From: Candidatus Multivoradales bacterium
GTDB lineage: Bacteria > Acidobacteriota > Thermoanaerobaculia > Multivoradales > Multivoraceae
Assembly: GCA_965223325.1 (NCBI GenBank)
Contig: CBDCWI010000001.1
Span: 1,344,001 to 1,408,000, forward strand
DNA length: 64,000 bases
Direction: 5' to 3'
Position 1 is the stretch's first letter. Each line of letters starts with the position of its first letter. Both the position numbers and the translations under genes were made by a program. The notes beneath the pieces are model-generated. The model saw only the letters and a program-made list of their open reading frames with translations. It was not told the DNA's origin and did no database searches. Of the stretch, positions 29,097 through 37,960 are shown in pieces.

Positions 29097-31136
29097 TCAA
29101 CGATCTGGGGGAAGCGTCAGTGCGACCAGCTCGGGCGGCGACCCCGCCACGGTGATCGCAACGTACTGACGCCCGTCGACGCGATAGGTCATTGGCGTGC
29201 CGATCGGGCGTGCCGGTAGCTCGACCTCTCCGACGACCGCGCCAGTCGCCTTGTCGCGTGCGACCAGAGCCCCGCGGCCGCTTGCTCGGCCACCCGGTGC
29301 CTCACCCTGGACGAGCAGCGTGCTGGTGACCAGAGGCCCGGTCACGCCGTCGCCTCCCAGAGGACCGAGCTCGAGCCCCGCCAGCGCTTCGTGGTTGCGG
29401 ATGTGATCACCATTGCCGGTCGGAACAGTCCAGAGAATCTCACCTCGCGCCAGATCAATCGCCGTCATGCGGGAGTACGGCGGCTTGAGAAGCGGCAGGC
29501 CCGCGGGGCCCCGCGGGCCACCCGCCGAGCGATGGGTATAGCGCACCGTGCCACCTTCGTCGGGGTCGGGCGAATAGAACTCGACGCCGCTCAGTGAATT
29601 GCGCGAGGGAACGAAGAGCACACCGGCTCGAGGATCGACGCCGGCCCCCCACCAGTTCGCGCCGCCACCGATTCCGGGGCGCTGGAGCGTGGCCCTCTTT
29701 CCTCCGGGAGTCTCGAGGATGGGTGGCGTAAACAGCGGCCCGAGGCGGTACTCGGCGGCAATCTCGAGCGCCGCCTGGCGCAGCTGGGGCGTGAAGTCGA
29801 TCAGGTCGTCCTCGCTGATTCCCTGGCTTTCGAAGGGCGGCGGCCGGGTCGGGAAGGGCTGGGTTGCCGACAGCTTCTCGCCGGGAATGTCGGAAGCGGC
29901 TACCGGGCGTTCTTCGATCGGCCAGATCGGTTCGCCGGTGGCACGATGGAACACGTAGGTGAAACCCTGCTTCGAAACCTGTGCCAGGAGCGGCACCGTC
30001 GCGCCGTCGATCTCGACGTCGACGAGGTTCGGCGCTGCCGGGAAGTCGTAGTCCCAGACCCCGTGATGAACCGCCTGGAAGTGCCACACCACCTCACCGG
30101 TTTCGGCGCGCACTGCGACGACACTCTCGGCGTAGAGGTTGTCGCCCGGGCGATGACCGCCGTAGAAGTCGTTGGTGGGCGTTCCAATCGGTAGATAGAC
30201 CAGCCCGAGCTCGGGATCGGCGCTCATCATCGTCCACACATTCGTGTTGCCGCTATAGCGCCAGGATTCCTCCTCCCAGGTTTCGTTGCCGGGCTCACCG
30301 GCCTGCGGAATGGTGTGGAAGGTCCACCGCAGTGCGCCGGTCCGCGCATCCCAGCCGCGTACGTCGCCGGGTGCCGCTTCCTTGGTGATCCGCCGATCGG
30401 CGATCGACGAACCGGTGACGATCACGTCGCCCACCACCAGTGGCGGCGAAGAGCTCGAGTAGGGCAAGGCGTTCAGGTAGTCGCGCTCGCTGCGCGCCGC
30501 GCCCCGAATGCCTGCGGTGAGATCGACGCGCCCGTTGTCGCCGAAGCCGAGGACGGGTCGACCGGTCGCGGCATCCACCGCCACCAACCAACCGTCGCCG
30601 GTTCCCCAGTAGATGCGACGGTCGCGTTCACCGTCACTCCAGGTCGCCACCCCGCGGTGGTTCCACAACAGACTCATCGTCGGAGTGCCGCTTTCGTAGG
30701 CCCGCGGGTCGAAGACCCATTCGGTCTCACCGGTCACCGCGTCGATGGCGGCGCCCTGGTAGAGCGGTGTGGCGAGGAAGAGCGTGCCGTCAATCGCCAG
30801 CGGAGTCGCCTTGAGACTGCTCAACCGCGGGGCAAGTCCGCCACGCCAGAGGTCGGGGTCGGCCGCATCGAGCTCCTCGAACAGCACCGACGACGGCCCC
30901 GTCCACGACCCTCCGGCCACTTCCCGCGACAGGAGCGCGTCCACCGAGCGCCAGCGCCAGGCGACTTCGAGGCGCGCGAAGTTCGATGCGTCGATGTCGG
31001 CCAGCGGTGAGTACTTGCTCGACGCCAGGTCGCCGCCATAGTGATGCCACTCACCCTCGGCCGATGGCTGGGCAGCCGCCGGCGCGGCGATCGACAGGGT
31101 GGCCAGTAGAACAGAGGTCAAGCTGTAGCGTGGCAT
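29097..31136 (-). CDS. Exported PQQ-dependent glucose-dehydrogenase-like quinoprotein (paralog)
   Basis: Signal peptide from ATG 31136; WHHYGGD, ATPL, WHFQAVHHGVWDYD, GGANW, TPMTY...GRQY. Confidence 0.92.
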   Translation of the reverse strand: MPRYSLTSVLLATLSIAAPAAAQPSAEGEWHHYGGDLASSKYSPLADIDASNFARLEVAWRWRSVDALLSREVAGGSWTGPSSVLFEELDAADPDLWRGGLAPRLSSLKATPLAIDGTLFLATPLYQGAAIDAVTGETEWVFDPRAYESGTPTMSLLWNHRGVATWSDGERDRRIYWGTGDGWLVAVDAATGRPVLGFGDNGRVDLTAGIRGAARSERDYLNALPYSSSSPPLVVGDVIVTGSSIADRRITKEAAPGDVRGWDARTGALRWTFHTIPQAGEPGNETWEEESWRYSGNTNVWTMMSADPELGLVYLPIGTPTNDFYGGHRPGDNLYAESVVAVRAETGEVVWHFQAVHHGVWDYDFPAAPNLVDVEIDGATVPLLAQVSKQGFTYVFHRATGEPIWPIEERPVAASDIPGEKLSATQPFPTRPPPFESQGISEDDLIDFTPQLRQAALEIAAEYRLGPLFTPPILETPGGKRATLQRPGIGGGANWWGAGVDPRAGVLFVPSRNSLSGVEFYSPDPDEGGTVRYTHRSAGGPRGPAGLPLLKPPYSRMTAIDLARGEILWTVPTGNGDHIRNHEALAGLELGPLGGDGVTGPLVTSTLLVQGEAPGGRASGRGALVARDKATGAVVGEVELPARPIGTPMTYRVDGRQYVAITVAGSPPELVALTLPPDR

Positions 31137-31256
31137 GCCACGGACGCTAGCACTCGCTGGCGGGCAACGCGGTCGGCGCCACGCTTCCTGATAAGGCCGG
31201 CTGACAGGGGGGTGCCTCGTGGGGGCCGGCTTTGCCGCAGCCAAAGCCCAACCGGG

Positions 31257-32945
31257 CTAACCCGTGGGGACGATCTTGCTCCAGGGGTCGATACCGTTCT
31301 CGAAGTCGTCGCGCGCGATGTAGGGGTCGAACTCATCCTGATGAATCAGAATGGGCGTTGCGTCCCAGAAGTCGATTCCATCCGGGTTGCGCAAACGATA
31401 GACCATTGCAGCATCGGCGCCGAGCTCGAACGGGAAACCGTCGAGCGTTGCACTGGCGGCGGTACCGTTCTCGATCGCCTGCTCGAACGCCAGGGCGTCA
31501 TCGCCGGTGATCTCGAACCATGAGTTCTCGACTCGCACCAGGACTTCGAGCAGCTCGGAAGCCGGGACCACTCCTCCACCGGCTTCGAGTTCGAGGCGTA
31601 GTTCATAGCCGTCGCCACTCGCACGATTGCTGCGCCGGCGATGGGCTGCGCAAGGGACGCACGGCCGGCTTCCGGGACTGGGGTTGAATGAAGTGGCGGC
31701 CTGGTCGGCGAAGCTCACTCCCAGGTCGGGAGCCTCGACCGCCGACAACACCAGGTGAAGGTTCTCGCTGGCGTTGAGAGCGTTACAGACCGCGGGGTGT
31801 AGGCCGATGGCCGTTTCGAGAATCCGGTTGGGAGCCTCGAGATCAGAGCCGGCAAGGATCTCGGTGCCCCGTACCAGGGCAGCGCGACCACCCATCAGGC
31901 GCGCCACGCCGAGTGGCGGGTACGGTTGGCCCGAGCGCAGGAAGTCGAGCGCTCCAGGCACCGCGTCTTCCCACGCCAGGAGCCACCCGGTGGCAAACGC
32001 ACTGGCGTAAGAGGTGCCGGGCGGAGCCGCCCACACGCCGGGACCGTCGGGTTCTTCGAGGTAGAGACCGTAGCCCGGGAAGACGGCGTTCGAAGTCTCG
32101 GGGCTGTAGCTGTTTTCGGCGGTCGATCCGGTGGCACCGAAGCTCGAAACATCGAGATTGCCCACCGCAAGCACCGCGGGCGCGCGCGCCGGATACAACA
32201 GTTGACCGTGGTTGCCAGCTGCCGCAACGCCAATAGTGCCGAAACGGTCGCGCATGTCAGCGAGCACCTCCTCGACCTCACACTCCAGACTGTCTTCGGC
32301 TCCCGGGCCACATCCTGAGCCGTCGAGATCAAGCCGCCCGAAGCTCATGTTCACCGCCGCCGGTCCAACGCCGCGCACGTCGTTGTGAATGTGGCATAGC
32401 TGCGCGAGCACATGAGCGTCCGAAACCTCGGGGCGGGCCGCAATCAGCTCGACCTCGGGAATCTCGAGATCGTAGAGAAGAACCGCGAGGGGATCTCCCG
32501 TCATGTCGGAAGCGGCATGCTGAATCGTTCCGGCCACCGTGTGCCCATGGCTGTCATCCCAATCGATGACCGCTGCCCACTTCCCATCCGGCACATCTTC
32601 TGAGAAGCAAGATCCCCCAGCGCACGGAACATAGGCAGGTGCCACGAGCGCCGGCAACTGCAGCGCCGCGGGGTCCTGAACCCCGGTGCCGAGCAGCTCA
32701 CAGTTCCCACCGCGTTGCAGGTGGGAACGGTTCGGATCGAAGAAGATGTACGTGCCGAAGTCGCCGCAGGCCAGAACGTTGGGGCCGGTGACTCCGCAGC
32801 GCGGTTCGAGCAACTCCCAACCGAGGTCCTGTGCAGCCGCGGGCTGGACAGAGGCCAAGGCGAAGAAGAGCGCCACACCGACCACGGGCAAGGTTGCCTG
32901 AGTCGGTTTGGTCGAGCTAGTCGTTTTTGGGTTGCGCCTGGGCAT
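31257..32945 (-). CDS. Exported S8 family (subtilase) serine peptidase, Cys-rich
   Basis: AVID (Asp), DSHGHTVAG (His), VNMSFG, AAAGNHG, PGTSYAS (Ser); signal peptide; C-terminal IARDDFENG tail. Confidence 0.85.
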   Translation of the reverse strand: MPRRNPKTTSSTKPTQATLPVVGVALFFALASVQPAAAQDLGWELLEPRCGVTGPNVLACGDFGTYIFFDPNRSHLQRGGNCELLGTGVQDPAALQLPALVAPAYVPCAGGSCFSEDVPDGKWAAVIDWDDSHGHTVAGTIQHAASDMTGDPLAVLLYDLEIPEVELIAARPEVSDAHVLAQLCHIHNDVRGVGPAAVNMSFGRLDLDGSGCGPGAEDSLECEVEEVLADMRDRFGTIGVAAAGNHGQLLYPARAPAVLAVGNLDVSSFGATGSTAENSYSPETSNAVFPGYGLYLEEPDGPGVWAAPPGTSYASAFATGWLLAWEDAVPGALDFLRSGQPYPPLGVARLMGGRAALVRGTEILAGSDLEAPNRILETAIGLHPAVCNALNASENLHLVLSAVEAPDLGVSFADQAATSFNPSPGSRPCVPCAAHRRRSNRASGDGYELRLELEAGGGVVPASELLEVLVRVENSWFEITGDDALAFEQAIENGTAASATLDGFPFELGADAAMVYRLRNPDGIDFWDATPILIHQDEFDPYIARDDFENGIDPWSKIVPTG

Positions 32946-33013
32946 GAGGATCGTCTTGGGAAAGAAGGGGGCGGGCGGATAGAGACCGCGCCGCCGCCCG
33001 GGGGTTTCGGCTA

Positions 33014-33919
33014 CTACCGGGCGTCGACCATTTCACTCGCCGGGCCGACGATGGTGACGTCGACCGGGTAGACCAGGCGTTGCCCGTTGTCTGCCAACAG
33101 CTCGGCGGCCTCGGCGCCCTCGGCATCCAGCGCCTGAGGCAGCTTGCCCTCGCGAGCGACAGCGACCCACAGGCGACGAGTTCCGGGTTCCGAACCGATC
33201 AGGTCGGCTGCGATGACCTCGAAGCGTGCCGCGCCGCGGTCGACGGCCGCGCGGGCCGAGGAGCGCACCAGGCTGTTGCCTTCGAGGGTGTAGAGACCGA
33301 AGTCGAGGTCGCGAGTCACCATTCCTTCTGGCAGCGCCTCGAGACGAAGCAGTGTCTCCGGTTCGGCCTCCAGGCTGGTCGTGGCAACGACTTCTTCGCC
33401 GCGCACCTGGGCAAGACCCGTCGCACGCACGTCGTAGTGGACGCCCTGCGGCATGCCCGTGTTGCCGCGCGGAACCAGGACCACTGCCAGCAAGAGCGCT
33501 GCGGCAATCGCAAGTGGCACGGCGAACTGGCGAACACGAGTAGAGAATGGAATGACCTTCGCAGCCTCTTCCGTCATTGCGGCCTGCGTGCCGGTCTCGA
33601 TGGCAGAAAGAACGCGATCGCGCGTGCCCTCGGGAAGTTCGGTGTGATCGAGGCCGACAATGTTCGCCAGCGTACGACGCGCCTGAGTGCTCGAAGCAAG
33701 AGCGCGCTCGACGCTCTGTGCCTGACGTTCGGGAAGACTCCCGTCACGGTAAGCCGCCAAGATTTCGTCCTCGATATCGATTCCGAGGTCCTCGGCGGAG
33801 GCCAGGATGCGTTCGTCATCCTGACGGCTCAAGTTCCACAAGAGGCTGCTCTGGGCGCGGCTCAGGTCGCGATCGGTTTCGAGGTCGGGGCGGACGTCTT
33901 TTTCGTTGTTCTCGTTCAT
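33014..33919 (-). CDS. Anti-sigma-factor-like membrane protein (degenerate zf-HC2-type domain, TM helix, extracytoplasmic domain)
   Basis: EILAAYRDGSL....QSVERAL, KVIPF, LAIAAALLLAVVL. ATG 33919. Confidence 0.65.
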   Translation of the reverse strand: MNENNEKDVRPDLETDRDLSRAQSSLLWNLSRQDDERILASAEDLGIDIEDEILAAYRDGSLPERQAQSVERALASSTQARRTLANIVGLDHTELPEGTRDRVLSAIETGTQAAMTEEAAKVIPFSTRVRQFAVPLAIAAALLLAVVLVPRGNTGMPQGVHYDVRATGLAQVRGEEVVATTSLEAEPETLLRLEALPEGMVTRDLDFGLYTLEGNSLVRSSARAAVDRGAARFEVIAADLIGSEPGTRRLWVAVAREGKLPQALDAEGAEAAELLADNGQRLVYPVDVTIVGPASEMVDAR

Positions 33920-34136
33920 GATTCTGCTCTCCTCGACTTCTTGGGAGTCTCCCTCGAAGGAGTTTTCCCCCCCTCCACCCAAAAAAGATGGAAATCTCTG
34001 GTTTCAGGCCCAGAAACGGCCAGGTTCTATAGCCCGCGATCGAATGACTTGACGGCTCTGGCGCCCACTCTATGCGCTCTCACACCTGAATCGTCAGGGA
34101 GCGGGTCACAGAGGCCGCGCGGCTGGGTGCAGGCGG

Positions 34137-37091
34137 TCAGGAAGAGCCGGCAGAACGCAGGAGCATGAGGCCGCCCCAGACCGAAGCGGGTTGGTCCTTC
34201 CGCAGCTCCGCGAGGGCTGCCGAGTATGCCTGTGGTGGCGATTCCCCGGCTGCAATCTGGCGATAGAACGCCCGGTTGAAGGTCACCGCGACCTGGTTGT
34301 CCAGCTTGCCGCGACTTGCGATCACCCAGCGGGCGCCGAGTCGGGCCAGGAGCCCCCCAAGTCCGAAAGAACCCGCATCAGCCGTGGTCGGCCAGAGGCC
34401 GCTCTCACAGGCGCTCAGATTGGCAAAGTCGAGGCTGACCGACTGGTCGGCGATCTCGATCCAGCTCAACGATCCGTCGGCGAGGCGCAGCGACGAAAGC
34501 TCTGGGAACGCTGGATCGTGCACGGCATGCGCGTCGGCGTGGAAGAAGGCGGCTGCCCCGAGTGCCGAGGAGAAGCTCTTGCGACTCGCCTCTTCACCGG
34601 CCAAGATGGTGGCATCGGGAAAGAGCGAGGCGTAGTACGTCTGCAGCTCCCGAGAACCGCGCAGGTTGCGCTCGGGATCGACGATGAAGAGTGCCGGTCC
34701 CATCTCGTTCGTGGCACCTGCAGCGACCGCCCCAGAGGGCCAGAAGGCGGCGGTGGTGTACTCGGCAAGCCACTCGCGGCCCGCTCCGCCCACCGGCAAG
34801 GCCCCGACCGGCACCCGTTGCAAACGACCGTGCAGTGCATAGGTCGTCACCGGTCCGAGCGACTTCAGATCCTCGGGCAAGAGCGCCTCGGCCAGGGTCT
34901 CGAGAGTCGCCGACCATTCGGAATCGCTGATCTCGACGCTCGGATCCAGTACCTTCTCCATCAGGCGCTCGGCATCCTGCAGATCGCGCGCGCTGATCGC
35001 GGTTCGCCGCGCAACGCTGGTCCGACCGGCCTCTCGACGGAGTAGAAAGATCTCGTCATCGACCCAGAAGGCGCGCAGGTCGACCTGGTCGTCCGAACGC
35101 ACGACGCCGCGCTCACACCCTGGCCATTCGCGCCACAGGTCACGCAGTCTTTCCTTGATGCGCTCGTGGTCGGCGCGGCCCTGCCCGATCGAGCGCTCGT
35201 CTTCTGCTAGCTGGCCGAGAAGCGTCGCCGACTCGCGGTCGAGCTCGTTCCAGCGTTCCCAGGCGGCGGAACCAGGCTTGGCCTGCTGCCGGCAATGCTG
35301 GCGCTCGGCTTCAACCCGGGCACCCTGGTCGAGGCGCAGCATCTGTGCCCAGGCGGTGGCCCCGTCACCTCTGGCAATCGCCAGTCGTGCCAAACGTGCG
35401 TAGTCGACCGAGCTCTGGCCGGGGCCGATTCCTCGACGCTCTTCCACCGCATCACTGGTGAACTGCTGCAACAGAATGGCGCGCTCGTAGTCGGCTGCGG
35501 CACCGCTCGAGTCGCCCAGCTGTTCTCGCGCCCGCCCGACACAGCTCGACGCCGCCGCGGCCAACTGGCCGTCGTCGGACGACGTCAACAGGCGGCAACG
35601 GTCGAGGGCCTTCTGGGATTCGGCGAGTCGTAGATGCTCGAGCCCTTCAGTCAACCTCACCCAGCCCGAGAGCACCGCCGCGCGACCGGTACCCTCGGCA
35701 GCATCGAGAATCTCCTCGGCCTCCTCGAGGAGGCTCTGTGGACCGACGCCGCGCCGAATACCGAGAAACGCTCCGTTGATCAGGCGATTGGCGCGTTCGA
35801 GCGGATCTTCGGTCTCCTGCTCGAGGATGACGGTCAAGAACTGCTTGGCGAGATCGAGGTCTGCCGGACTAGCCTCGGGATCGAGGAGCGTTTGCCACAG
35901 CAGCTGGTTGCGCGCATGATCGGCATACCAGGCATCCAGCGACACCGCCGCCTGCTCCTCGCTGAGCTCCCGAATGCGTGCTTCCGCCGCCTCCAGTTCG
36001 ACGCGCAGCCGGCGTGAAGCTTCACGAAGAGCGCCCATGCCGGCGAGAATGTCGGCCTGGCCGAGTACTGCCGGCATCGTCGACTCGGCAACCCGAGCGA
36101 GCAGATCCTCGGCTCGCTTGAGGTCGGTCCAAGCGTTCGAAACGCGCCCCTCCGACAGTTCGAAGGCGGCACGCTGATAGGCCGCAATCCCACCGAAGTA
36201 GCTCATCACCGGTTCGTCGAGCCAGCCGGGAAGGGCGTCGAGCCGCCGGCGGGCTTCCTCCTTGCCCTCGCCGGCAACGGTCAGGAAGTGCACTGCCGAG
36301 AGCTCGATCTGAATCGCAAGGCCGAGGTAGCCAGCGTCAGCAGCGCGCGCCGAAAGTTCATCGAACTCTGCGATCTGTTCAGAAAGGGTGGCCTCACTCG
36401 CCCGGCTGTGGAGCTCCTCGACTTCTGCCTCGAGACTGGCGTGGGTCTCATCCTTGGCGCGATAGATGAACGGCAGGCAGGAAATCTCGCGCCGCGTCTC
36501 TTCATAGGTATCGACGAGAGTCGCGCACAGCTCGTGTGTCGCATCACTCTCGAGGTTGAGAGGCGGCGACCACTCGAAGCACGCAAATCTCGCGCTGCGT
36601 GAAGTCGGCGAGACTCCTGCCTTCGCCGCCGCGTCGCCGACCGACGGCTCGAGCAACCAGCTGCGGGTGTCGGCATCCCCTGACGCCTCGATGCACAAGC
36701 CGAGCTGGGTGGGAGCGATGTAGAGCGGCAAGCGTTCGCCGCTCCGTTCGCCTGGAGTCACGTCGATGTGCTTGTTGGCGACCACGAGACCCTCGAACGG
36801 TGGATCGCTGCCACTGCACGCCAGAAGCGCCAGACAGGAGAGACACGCCAGGAAGAAGGCCAGGGTACGAAGAACCCGGTACTGCGCACCTAGAAAAAGG
36901 GGGCCCGGCGTTTCCACCGAGCCCCGAAATGGGGGAAAGAAAACTCGACCGAGCAGATCCCTAAGGACCGCCGATCGAAGTGTGGCTGTCCATTCCGGAG
37001 TCGCGACAGCGGCGCTTTGCCGCGGCGAAATAGCTGCGTTTTCTGGGGTCGCCTGGCTTTGCGCCCGGTGCGCCTGGCTTCTCTGCCTCAT
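34137..37091 (-). CDS. TPR-like helical + CHAT (caspase-family) domain protein, possible lipoprotein
   Basis: LHGRLQRVP..AL, HADAHA (His), NLSACESG (Cys), FNRAFY, WGGL; hydrophobic stretch ending LLAC. Start uncertain (ATG 37091 or GTG 36917). Confidence 0.88.
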   Translation of the reverse strand: MRQRSQAHRAQSQATPENAAISPRQSAAVATPEWTATLRSAVLRDLLGRVFFPPFRGSVETPGPLFLGAQYRVLRTLAFFLACLSCLALLACSGSDPPFEGLVVANKHIDVTPGERSGERLPLYIAPTQLGLCIEASGDADTRSWLLEPSVGDAAAKAGVSPTSRSARFACFEWSPPLNLESDATHELCATLVDTYEETRREISCLPFIYRAKDETHASLEAEVEELHSRASEATLSEQIAEFDELSARAADAGYLGLAIQIELSAVHFLTVAGEGKEEARRRLDALPGWLDEPVMSYFGGIAAYQRAAFELSEGRVSNAWTDLKRAEDLLARVAESTMPAVLGQADILAGMGALREASRRLRVELEAAEARIRELSEEQAAVSLDAWYADHARNQLLWQTLLDPEASPADLDLAKQFLTVILEQETEDPLERANRLINGAFLGIRRGVGPQSLLEEAEEILDAAEGTGRAAVLSGWVRLTEGLEHLRLAESQKALDRCRLLTSSDDGQLAAAASSCVGRAREQLGDSSGAAADYERAILLQQFTSDAVEERRGIGPGQSSVDYARLARLAIARGDGATAWAQMLRLDQGARVEAERQHCRQQAKPGSAAWERWNELDRESATLLGQLAEDERSIGQGRADHERIKERLRDLWREWPGCERGVVRSDDQVDLRAFWVDDEIFLLRREAGRTSVARRTAISARDLQDAERLMEKVLDPSVEISDSEWSATLETLAEALLPEDLKSLGPVTTYALHGRLQRVPVGALPVGGAGREWLAEYTTAAFWPSGAVAAGATNEMGPALFIVDPERNLRGSRELQTYYASLFPDATILAGEEASRKSFSSALGAAAFFHADAHAVHDPAFPELSSLRLADGSLSWIEIADQSVSLDFANLSACESGLWPTTADAGSFGLGGLLARLGARWVIASRGKLDNQVAVTFNRAFYRQIAAGESPPQAYSAALAELRKDQPASVWGGLMLLRSAGSS

Positions 37092-37819
37092 GCTGTCCGC
37101 CCCAGAAGCGCCAGAAGAGCAATCGTCGCGTGCTCGACTCGCAAGATGCGCTGACCGAGGCCAACGCCGCGAAGTCCCGCCGTCTCGAGCAACCCGAGTT
37201 CGAAGGGTACGAAGCCACCCTCGGGGCCGACGACCATCACGGCCGGTCCGATCTCGCCCACCCGCGGACAGGGGGCATCGAAACTCGGGTCGGCCACCAG
37301 CCCTTCGCGACCCGCCAGGAGCTCGGGCAGCCGATCTTCCACAAAAGGACGAAAGCGCCTCGCGAGCTCGACTTCGGGTGGAACGGTGTCGACCGCTTGT
37401 TCGAGCCCCAACCGCAGGTGGCGCTCGATCGCCTCCGGTGCCAGGACATGACTCTGCCAGTAACTCTTCTCGACCCGCGCCGAATGCAGGAGCACGATGC
37501 GCTTGACCCCCATCGCACTGCTCGCCTCGAGGATCCGGCGCAGCATCGGAGGGCGTGGCAAGGCCAGGACCAGATCGACTTCGAGAGCCCCTGGCGGTGG
37601 CTGGTCGAAGACCCCCGCAAGCGTCACCTGCTGCTGGTCGAGACTCTCGATCTCGGCGGTGCCGAGTGCTCCCCCGAGCAGGCCGACCCGCAACTCCTGC
37701 CCGACCTCGGCGCCCAGAACCGAGCGCAGGTGATTGAGCCGATCGTCGGCCAGCGAAGCACGGAACCTGGGGCCGTCGACCTCAGCCAGTTCGCGCCCTT
37801 CGAGCAGGAGAAGGTTCAA
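37088..37819 (-). CDS. rsmE: 16S rRNA m3U1498 methyltransferase
   Basis: HLRSVL, LALPRP, GLEQA, VGPEGGF, LGQRILRVE. Confidence 0.93.
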   Translation of the reverse strand: MNLLLLEGRELAEVDGPRFRASLADDRLNHLRSVLGAEVGQELRVGLLGGALGTAEIESLDQQQVTLAGVFDQPPPGALEVDLVLALPRPPMLRRILEASSAMGVKRIVLLHSARVEKSYWQSHVLAPEAIERHLRLGLEQAVDTVPPEVELARRFRPFVEDRLPELLAGREGLVADPSFDAPCPRVGEIGPAVMVVGPEGGFVPFELGLLETAGLRGVGLGQRILRVEHATIALLALLGRTA

Positions 37820-37924
37820 GGGTGGAGCGCCTCAGGAGGGGGATAGCGAGAACAAGGGCGGCGACGCGCCGCCAATCTAGGAATTCTTGCAAATCCGCCC
37901 CACAAACCGAAGCGAAAGCCACCC

Positions 37925-37960
37925 AGGGCCCGGGTAGGGACCCGGGTGGGGACGTGGGAC
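37925..37960. repeat. Second locus of the GGGACCCGGGTG repeat (2 units plus partial)
   Basis: AGGGCCCGGGTA GGGACCCGGGTG GGGAC; abuts the stop codon at 37961. Confidence 0.75.

Noticed and set aside
34137-37091. CHAT protein as type III-E Craspase component
   Set aside because: No Cas7-11, no CRISPR array and no sigma gene in the window.
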